The position numbers were made by a program, and so were the translations under genes. 38,202 nucleotides of DNA from Hydrurus foetidus (taxonomy: Eukaryota). The notes beneath the pieces were generated by a model, which worked only from the letters and a program-made list of their open reading frames with translations, was not told the DNA's origin and searched no databases. Each line of letters begins with the position of its first letter. Position 1 is the first letter of the stretch. Below, one piece after another: positions 1 to 9,400 of the stretch. The stretch covers positions 1-38,202 of the forward strand of contig UYFQ01000222.1 of the NCBI GenBank assembly GCA_900617105.1. Reading direction: 5' to 3'.

Positions 1-875
1 TCGTACTTTGATTCGTTTTCCATCCTCTTATGATGGTTAATCGCCATGCTCCTTTCGATGGAAGACATTCTCTCATTGTTGCGATTGAAGTGAATGAAGA
101 GAGGTTGTGTTTTGGTCTCCGAGTTATAAATTGTGCCGTCAGAGCGAACATAAGGACCTACGGGGTCACTCACCGCCCACTTGCTCGTCTGCAGGTTCGT
201 ACCAGAAGTTGTTTGAAAGATGGTGCAGTTGTGGTCGATTTCAATCTTGATGCCAGAGTATTGGTTGCTTTCTGTTTGGTAGTGATGAAGGGCCAGCTGG
301 TCATCACGTAGTCCCCCAGATTGTGCCCCCAGTAATTTCACCCACAATGGCAGAAACTTCATCATGACTTGATATCTCGCTATAAAACCGCCAGAATTCG
401 CGTATTTAAATGATGATGGGATGCTTTTGTCGAGCTCAATGCAGGGTATTGTCCCCGGCCAACATGTTCTCTCCGAAGAAAATAATATCGTGTCACTCTT
501 CTCAATGGTAACAAAAGCTGCTTCAACTTGATCTTCGTTCCCAGCGTATAACACATCAGTCCCATCGTTGAAAACAACTATATCATCAGGGCTGAAAATG
601 AAGCCTTTTCCGTACTCAAGATGTTTTAGAAGCTCAATAGTATTACACTGTGTAGGATCAAGACTAATGCTACCACTGTTGCCAAGTATGCCATGTTTAG
701 GAAGTCCTAGAACTGTCAACTGTATACCATTTGAAAGAGCACTGCGAATGGAAGAGCATGGCATGGAATTCGTCACAGCTGTCAGGTACGTAAAAAAATA
801 AACTTTGGAAGAAACCTCCACAAACATCCGTAGAAGCAGGAATGCGGTTATATTGAGTGCCGAATTTCGGATCAT
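1..875 (-). CDS. PLOD/LH3-type (procollagen galactosyl/glucosyltransferase-like) glycosyltransferase domain protein, 3'-partial (runs off window edge)
   Basis: Manual translation of the minus strand from ATG at 875 is stop-free to position 1 (291 codons); alternative in-frame ATGs lie at 902 and 920, with an upstream TAA at 963-965. Sequence: MIRNSALNITAFLLLRMFVEVSS (signal/anchor-like)...DDIVVFNDGTDVLY...ILFSSERTCWP...FKYANSGGFIA...RDDQL...IEIDHNCTIFQ...NSETKTQPLFIHFN. These motifs match in order the LH3/PLOD GT-domain motifs (VMFxDSYDV, LFSAExxCWP, FLNSGGFIG, DDQL, LDHxxxIFQ, PxxxHGNG). Not in the supplied ORF track because it has no stop in the window. Confidence 0.88.
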   Translation of the reverse strand, partial: MIRNSALNITAFLLLRMFVEVSSKVYFFTYLTAVTNSMPCSSIRSALSNGIQLTVLGLPKHGILGNSGSISLDPTQCNTIELLKHLEYGKGFIFSPDDIVVFNDGTDVLYAGNEDQVEAAFVTIEKSDTILFSSERTCWPGTIPCIELDKSIPSSFKYANSGGFIARYQVMMKFLPLWVKLLGAQSGGLRDDQLALHHYQTESNQYSGIKIEIDHNCTIFQTTSGTNLQTSKWAVSDPVGPYVRSDGTIYNSETKTQPLFIHFNRNNERMSSIERSMAINHHKRMENESKY

Positions 876-1844
876 GTTAAACGAGAAGATTCTGAATGGC
901 ATCCGATAATGTGACCACATCGCTCGAGTCGTTCGAAGGTTTGACTTTGAAAGGACTAATGATTAAAGAACCTGCAGCGCCCGCTCATGACCAATAACAC
1001 CACATGATGATTCAAAAATCCAACCGCAATACTTTGTGCTCAGTCATGCATACAACTGAAGCACATTGACTGTTACGCAATGATATTTTATATTTTCATT
1101 TGAACTGATGAGGAACCCAGTGCTGTCTGGAACAACTTCTTCCAGATTTTGAGTCAGAGGGTTCAAATTTTCATAAAACAGAAAAATAAAAAATAAGTGT
1201 TTCGTATTTGGTGTTGTGGTGTACCCGTACTCCGTACAGTAGGTGTTCTCGTTTTGAGCAATTTCATAAAAACTGATACAACCTTCACGATGACGTCAAA
1301 ATTGTAGTTGGAGTTGAAAATATACTTTGATTATATCCTAATATTGCTTAATAAATGGGGTGATGGATAGTCGGTCAATAGATTCCGTGAAATCATGTTC
1401 ACGCACAAAGAGTGGTGGTGAAAATGCCAATAACGAATATGAGTAACTGCGTGTGGGTATCTATTGATCCATCGGTTCACTGCACTATACTGAAGGGCAG
1501 GAAGCGAAGGATCAATTGCGGGATAAATAAACGAAAAAAAAGGTACAAATACAATAAAAACATAGGCGGATGGTATGAAAAGTTCCCAACGTGTGGTGAA
1601 ATTTGATGCGTGTGTGAAATACGAAATAAAAATATTGGCAAGTGCGGTATAATAGCTCCTCTGAGCAATATACAATCTGGCCGAATTAAAGGATGAAAGC
1701 TGCGTCGTGTGGTGTCGGGACTAATCTAAGTTGGCACTTAATAGTTTTGACAGTACTGGAGTAAAGTCACAACTTAACCTGGTAAGGGAGTGTTGCGAGA
1801 AATCGTATCGTACGTCATGAATTGTATATCTACAGGTAAGTGTT

Positions 1845-1975
1845 TGAAGAATAAGAATAGTGAGTGAGGGCGAGAAAGATAAGGTAGGATGGACTTGCGT
1901 AAGATAAAGTAGGGTAGAATTGAGTAGAGTGGAGTTGAGGATGGAATGGAATGGAATAGAGTAGTATAGGGCAGT
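1845..1975. repeat. Low-complexity purine-rich degenerate pentamer tract (GTAGA/GGAAT-like)
   Basis: For example GAGTAGAGTGGAGTTGAGGATGGAATGGAATGGAATAGAGTAGTATAGG. Similar strand-biased tracts lie in the introns at 4545-4680 and 7820-7880. Confidence 0.6.
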
Positions 1976-2123
1976 GGCGAATATCACCACATGCAGACAT
2001 CGACAGACCAGTCACATTATGGTCAAATCGGTGCCGTTACTATCGCTATAATGGTATACGGAAATAAATCCTAGAAGTGCGTACTAGCAGAATCCTAAGA
2101 GCCTTGCTGATCTATCACATGTA

Positions 2124-3464
2124 TTACAATTTTGAATATGATTTTTCAGTATAGAATTCTCTCCAACTTGAAGATAATTTGTTTTTAATTCTAAAATTGG
2201 AGGAGAATCGTCTTTGTTTGGGGGGTAAATTGAGAGAATGGTTTAATAATCTGTCACTCAGAGTGTTGCGTACAACACTCAGAATTTCTGCTTTGAACCA
2301 TTCCTCAAAAAGATTAAAATTGATGTATCTCTCTTGTACCGCGCCACTGATGCTAGCTCTCACAGCGAAGTTAGCACCTTGGGAGACTTTCCAAGCGTAA
2401 AATCTTTCGCATGCCTCTCTCTTCTCTAATACAGTGAGCGCTACGCCATCTGGGTAGAAGATATCGAGCAAGTTCCAAAATTCATTTGACAGATTGTTCT
2501 CTGTCACTTCAAATTGGAGTCTGTCAATGTCTCTCTGTCTCTCATCTATGTTGCTTAAATAGACACCTCTGTCACTCGTAGGGTCGTCTTTGGGCGACAA
2601 AGAAGACCTTAAAATTGTCAGAGCTTGTTTGGCATCAAAAGTCAGCATAGGATAGATTTTTCTCTTCAGACAGTCTTCCTCGCTGCCGCTTGTTTTGTAA
2701 ATCAAGGAGTCACTGTAACTGTCCAGAGAGTCATTTCTAAAAATTGTTCGTCCTCGCAGAATCTCAGCATTTGCTGCTGTTGACATACTAATGATGCTGC
2801 TTGGGAATAGAATAGCATTGCTCTTCGCTCTTCTTCGCGGTGGGCGAATGCGTGGCGATTGAAAAACGTTAATGTCGGAGCCCTTGCCAGTGCGGGGAGA
2901 GGGACCAGCTATTATTCCGTTCTGTAGGGGCGGTCTGTTCTTGTCGCGCCAGAGGGCTTTAAAGTTCCTACTCTTCTTGCGAGACTTGCGCCTGACAGAG
3001 AGCAGTGTGATGCCGTGTTGTAATGCGCGTTTGACGATGTTCATCACTCGTGACAGATATCTCATGAATAAGATAGCTGTTGACGACTGTAGTGATCGGC
3101 TGGATGCTGCTTGTCTCGATCTCGCTGTGGATGCGTCGTTGAACTGACTCTGAATCCTCTTCAACTTCTCTCTCCTCTTGTAGTGAGCTCTACTGGCAGG
3201 CATGTACACGAAGGCCCAGTAGTTCATGATGAATATCGCGAAGAACACTGTCACGAGCAGCACGGTGAGGGACACCGAGTAGAGGTATACACCAGCCACC
3301 ATCGCTCCGGTGTAGAAGGCGGGGATGGCGGCATCTATGAGTAAGCCTCCGATCATAGGGTTGAAGAGAATGCAGGTCATGGGCACAGCGATGAAGAAGA
3401 AGGAAATGATGCCGAGATACTCCAGTCTTCCGTCTCGACACTTTCTCGCATCCACATCGTCCAT
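2124..3464 (-). CDS. Exon 10 (terminal): about three further TM helices and a basic cytoplasmic tail
   Basis: Acceptor TTCGCAG|ATG. Hydrophobic segments in the first ~90 codons, then an Arg/Lys/Ser-rich tail. Stop TAA at 2124-2126. Confidence 0.85.
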   Translation of the reverse strand: MDDVDARKCRDGRLEYLGIISFFFIAVPMTCILFNPMIGGLLIDAAIPAFYTGAMVAGVYLYSVSLTVLLVTVFFAIFIMNYWAFVYMPASRAHYKRREKLKRIQSQFNDASTARSRQAASSRSLQSSTAILFMRYLSRVMNIVKRALQHGITLLSVRRKSRKKSRNFKALWRDKNRPPLQNGIIAGPSPRTGKGSDINVFQSPRIRPPRRRAKSNAILFPSSIISMSTAANAEILRGRTIFRNDSLDSYSDSLIYKTSGSEEDCLKRKIYPMLTFDAKQALTILRSSLSPKDDPTSDRGVYLSNIDERQRDIDRLQFEVTENNLSNEFWNLLDIFYPDGVALTVLEKREACERFYAWKVSQGANFAVRASISGAVQERYINFNLFEEWFKAEILSVVRNTLSDRLLNHSLNLPPKQRRFSSNFRIKNKLSSSWREFYTEKSYSKL

Positions 3465-6400
3465 CTGCGAAGGAAGAGTTGAGAGGTGGTTTTAATTTCT
3501 GCTGGCGAGTAGATCTTAGTGTTCAATATGATATTGTGCACTTAACTCTGTACGTCACATCATTACGCTATGGTGTATATATCGACTCAAGTCAGATTAT
3601 TCTATCATACCGAACAATGGCATACAGTGCAGTACTGCATAAGAGATATGATATATATATTGGACTATTGACTATACACTGACCTGTCTGAGAAGCCATG
3701 CAGCAGGAAGGCTGCCAAGCTCGCTTGACCTTGAGGCTCTGCAGGCAGCTGACACGTGTTGAATGACACGAACACCACCATCTCCATCCACAGCACTGGC
3801 CTCATTGGCCGTCTCTCCTCTATTGATGTAGTTCAAACTGATGTCAGCGAGGACCTTTCTGATTCTAATGAGCTGTGCTTGCATCGCTAGGGCGGGTAGG
3901 TAGTTGATGAGAACGATCTTGCTGATCTGCACCAACATCACGTCTCTCGCAGTACTCGTGCCGTACACCGCTCCCCACGCACTGAGAATCGCTTCTCCTT
4001 GATAGACGCCCCAGGCGAATATCCAGTAGATGAAGAAAACCATGCTGCCAGACACGAATAGCCAGGAGAGGAGGTACACAGGCCATGTTAGTCTGATGTC
4101 GGGTGCTTCGTCATGCAGAGCGTTGTTGATGACGAGTGTGTGTCTCTTGAAAGGAGAGAGGCACTCCAGCACGAATTCTCTCAGCAAAGCGATGTCCTTC
4201 GTGTCCTCCTCCCAAGGTGTCAGATGGGTGATGTACTCTATTATTTCTTTTGTTCTTTTTCGCGCTTTTTCAACTTTAAATTCTAGTTTTTTCTCTGGCG
4301 TGCGGAAAGCAAGTCGCTGTCTAGCGGTCAGCGGCACGTAACTCCCATCTGGCAGCACTCCTAAGAACTCCTCGATAGCTTCCATCTTAGCACTCTTCTC
4401 GGAGTATCGGAGATCTACGTCTCTCATTGCTTCCCAGGGAAGTCGACTGTCTTCAGCATCAGTCATGAAGAGAAAGCAGTGCACGCGACCCAGTATGGTG
4501 AGGACTTCTTCGTGAGGAGTTATCAAAGCTGTACGATGTACAAGTGAATGAGGAAAGGATAAGAGGGGGTCACGAGGAGAGAGTTAATGAGGAGTGATAA
4601 GAGGGAAGCAGGGGTGATAGAAGAAGCAGAGGAAGGGATGAGGAGAGGTGGAGATGAGGGGAGGGGTGATGATCGGACATCCGCACACGGTGAGGTCAGT
4701 ATTGACGGTGAATGCAATTTGACACAGCGCAGTACATCACAACACAACAAGAATTAGTATCCTTACCAGTAAAGGCGTATCGCGCAAGATCATCATCTGT
4801 GATGCTGGCCTGCGGCTGCGCATTGGCCACTCTTCGGATGACGTCACCCAACTCTGAGCGACTTCTGCATATTCTCTTCGAGGACTCTTCAGTGCTGTAA
4901 ACACCGTCAGCCCTATAGGGATCGATTTTCTCAGTTTTAATTTGGAATTGTTGACTCTGGCTGCGTACGACTTTCGATTGACTCTGGCCGCGCACCAACT
5001 TCGCATCTTGATAGGGCCCTTTCTTGGAACTACGACTAGGGTCTGGTTTCTCAATCGCACTATGGCTCGACTTTCGAGTTGCAGTGTCAGAGGTGGGTTG
5101 ATTCTCAGGGGTTAGGTTCTGAGCAAGGGGCGGGGTGTCATCTATTTCCTGGGGCCTCAAAACCGGTCCGGGCTGTTTGCAACAGTACGTGTTCAACACA
5201 TGGTCTAGAAGAAGTCCTATTGGAATACTGGCGAGCATTGTTAGGAGTGCCACCGTTATTGTGAATACGAGTGTGGCCGGAGGTGGCCGCAATGAGCAGA
5301 AGGATCCGTCCCAGTCACACCGCGACACACCGGACTCAACTTGAGACGGAGCTTCTGTGCATTCGCTCTGTATGTATATGTGTAGAGCGATGTCAGGAAA
5401 AGAATGTTGTGTAATGTATAAAAAGGTGAAGATCAAGATGGAGGTGAGATGGAGAGACAACAGGCATTCTGATACATAAGTGCGAAGATCCAAAACAGTA
5501 CAATTAAATATGTCAACATATCTCTCACCTCATTCGTTTTCATGGAGCAGAACGGTCCGCCCGGAAAGAATATTCCGAAAAACAGGGTGTCAACGAACAG
5601 AGACACTAGCACCAAAGCCACCAGGTCCAGGAACCGTATGCTTCTGGGCTGGGTCAGAGTGGACGCTCCGAACATCTTGAAGTAGTCGTGATTATCCGCC
5701 ACTATCCGGATGAAGGAACTCCTCTTCGTGATGACCGCATGCCCTGGAAAGAGTCTGTGTAAGAACTCTGTCACTGAAGATGTAGCACGGTGTTCTATTT
5801 CGGATCTTGGTACGGAGGGGCGAACGCTGAAGTCGTGAGAGTAGGTGTCTCTGTCACTGCCACTGTCCATGTCGATGTCAAGGTTTCTATTGCTGTCGTT
5901 GTTGCTGAAACTGTCATTGCTGTCGCTTGACCTGCACTTGATAGTACCAGAGGCATCGTGTTTCGGATTTCCCCTTCTGCCTACCATGTTCAGAAGACTG
6001 CTAGTGGTACGACGTAGAGTCCTGAACACGCTGATGCTCTGCTGGCTCTGGTGTTTGAACTTCGACACGTGATATGCATACAGGGCGACTGGGTCTTCTC
6101 TCTTTCCATTTCTGATGTCCTCTTCTAGGAACATCTTCGCCTTGATATCGCTCTCTGTTTGTACGTATTTCTTCTGTAGTATTTCCTCTCTGTCCATTCT
6201 TAGCAAAAGTAACAGTATCAAAATAATCGTACTGCACAGTGTCCCCATGAAGGCGAGAATTATTTTGGACTCTGACGGTCTTAAGAGGAAGGGGTTGCTG
6301 CTCAGCACACTGGACAGCTGCGCTTGTATGGTTTGGAGGAGTACGCCGTACACCGCTGCCCGTGTGGCTGCCTGAGAGCCGTCATCATCGAGTGTCTGCA

Positions 6401-9400
6401 GGGATCTGGAATAGTCATGGAATGTCTGCAACACGTCACGATTCATCTCCTCTCCCTCCTCTTCTTCCTCTCCGTCCTCAACCTCTTGCCCCTTAGTAAC
6501 AGAGAATCTTCGAGAGCTAGTGGGACACAGCGGTGTGATATCGTAACAACTGTATATCACATTGAGGTTCGTGTAGGAAGATATGTTGCATTCGTTGCAC
6601 GGAACATAGCCCACACCATCGTAGATAGTACAAGCTGGAATAGAATAGTTCGAAGCAGTTCTACCATCTTTATATAACCTCCCAGCCGCTGAAAAGTTGA
6701 AGTTCTGGCGGCTTGAGAACTCAATCGACAGTGTGTAAGCGGGGACACCTTTTTCAGGGTATGAGATGCTAGTCTGTTCTGTTCTGCGTGCAAAGCCTCT
6801 GAATGCTCCGATCACAGTGGACACGTCCTTTGACTGACGCGCACTAGCAATCCGGAGCAATGGACTCACCACTTCCTGAGAACTCGCATACGGATTGGAT
6901 GACCATTGCAGAACGGACAGCTGTACGTACGTTTCTATCCTAGGGCAGGATTTTAGACCGTTAGGGCCCAGTGTGACCTTAGGGGCAATGGCACCGTACG
7001 TTACTTGGGCGTTGGAAGGTGGGGTGCGGTAGACGGAGTTGCCTGTGGCACTCACAAGTGCACTTGTCACAGCAACCTGCAGGCCTTGGGATGTGAGTAG
7101 TACAGGGCTTTCTCCGGAAGACATGGCGAGCTGCATGCCCAGCACCAGACTGGAGACCTGTTAGTATGAAGATGTAATGTTGTTCAGACAGTGTGGTGCT
7201 TGTACGCATGTGATGTGTGGAACATTTTAATAAGCAGCACTTATGGGCTAGATGTCTTACCGCTGTATTGACGTTTCTTTGTTTGACGGGAGAGTAATCA
7301 ATAGCGGTCACATTAGTGAGCAAGGCATACTCGGATATGAGATCGACAACCAGTTGCGAGTTCTGCTCAATCTCAAGGAATCCCTTTCTCGAGAGGGAGG
7401 CGACTATGAGCACTGCAGCGGTGCATGAGGGTGTGCCAACTGCAGACGTGACCTCGTGTGGGGAGAAGGACGTGAGCAGGGACGATGCTGTGGTTTCGAG
7501 CAGTGACGAGGACTTGTCCTGATACTGAGATGCAGTCACAAGTGCTTCGCACAGTGCCGACCTGTAAGAGGTGAGATTGTGAGTTGACGGAAGAAGGATG
7601 AGGATTGTAATAGTGAAAACGGTTGAATGGTGAAGCACGCACCTGATGCTACTCCTAGCGGACACGATTGCTTGCTTCATAGAGCAGTCCTTGCCTCCGA
7701 ATCCAGGGCGACACACACACACAGCCGTGCATCGGGTGTTCGATATGTAGCATATGGGCAGCTCATTGCCCGAAGGGTCGTAATACGAGCATGCACCGTT
7801 ACCAGAACACACGTTGTCTGTGAGGGAGAGGGGGAGGGAGAGGAAAGGACAGAAAGAGAGTGATTGAGTGAGTGAGTGAGATACTTAACGTGAGGCAATA
7901 TAGGTGGACGTTTCTAGGCGTCAAGCGCAGTGGCTGCAATCCGGATAAAATCAAACCTGGTTTGCTGGTTGGACACCGAAGTGTCGGAGTGACGCATGCT
8001 TTGTTCGTGCACAGCCCGTACAGACAGTCGTTGTTCTCAACACAAGTGGTGATGACGGGGACAGGGGTATTCGACAACGGTGTTACGCTTCTGCGACAAG
8101 GAACGTTAGAGTCTCCTACTATGCCTGTGGAGGGTGAAGAGTGAAGAGATGAGAGTTAGTGGTGATGCGGAGTAAACAGTAGCAGGGAGGGAATGTTAAC
8201 AGGTGGGTCACTAAAGTTCAACGTTATGGTACATACCCGTATAGCCGGGCAAGCATTTGCTGCACGTCCCCGCTGTTCTGTAGCAGAAGTTACGGTTAAC
8301 AGCAGTGCAGTCGGGAGACTGTGTACAGTTCACGAAGTTTATCGTTGAACCGACCTAGGGACAATATATGGGTCAAAGCTGGTCGGTGTGAATGTCTTGA
8401 AGAAAGAAATCATGAGGGAAGCCATTCTCATACAATGGCGAGTATTGGGAGAAATAGACAGATGGTGCAACAGTCAGACTAACTAAGCACTGGACGGACT
8501 TACGTTATTGATGGCTCGGTATAATTGGTCGATGTTGCCGAAAGCCAGGGCAGTCGAAAGGGAGGATTCGAGGTAGTTGGATACATTTAGAGCAGCATTG
8601 TGACGAACTTGAACAGATCCAGTGGCCGTGCTGGCCGCAGAGTATATATCGGATATCTTGCCGCGCAGAGTCACATGGTCGTCCAGGGCCCTTAGACCAG
8701 CAGGAAGAGTCGAGATGACGTATGCTCTCAAACTGGAGGTGGCTAGGGTAAGATACGCTGATACCGTTGATACCCTGAAGGCGAATGAGTAGCTGAGTGG
8801 CAGACTGCCAGCGTCACTTGTCCAGTCAGGGGCCATGATAAGGAAGTCCGTCATCAAGGCGTCACCGGATTTAGGTGATGTTGATATGTACCCTCCAGCA
8901 GGGGGCATGTTTGCATACAGTGTAACGTCTGTGTACGTTATCAGTGTAGGGGTCGACTGGGGGGCAGCTGTTATACGGAATGTGTAGAGTGTTCCTCCTC
9001 TCAGCGAGAAGGAGGACACGGAGAGCGGAAAGGGGGCCTTCAGGATGACGTCTTCCTTGCTGAAGGTGGCGGAGAGGGGAGTGCGTGCAGCCACAGGCAC
9101 ATTGACTCCGTCTTGGGTCAACACGCGCCACTGCGACACGACTGCTTCTGTGCCCGATATGAATCCATTCAGGACTAACTTAGTGTCAACATTGAATCGG
9201 ACATAATCATTTGAGATGGTGGGAATGATGTTTATCAGCGCGGTGGCAGTCACTCTGACTGATTTAGAAGCTGATCGACCGTCAGGTGACGACACAATCA
9301 CTTCAAAAGAGTAGATCACGTCAGCTGTTAGAGTGCTATTCGCTATCGTTAGCGCGCTCAAAGTCGTTATAGTGTCTTTGAACAGGCCGCAGGATTCTCC

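Noticed and set aside
30..801. Short ORFs 30..311(+), 380..577(-) and 568..801(+)
   Set aside because: They are shadows of the minus-strand glycosyltransferase ORF and have no recognisable motifs.
1085..1680. Possible MITE or transposon remnant in the AT-rich intergenic region
   Set aside because: I could not find convincing terminal inverted repeats or target-site duplications, only short A/T-rich similarities.
1331..2015. Small ORFs in the intergenic region
   Set aside because: Low-complexity, AT-rich or pentamer-derived translations with no domain features.
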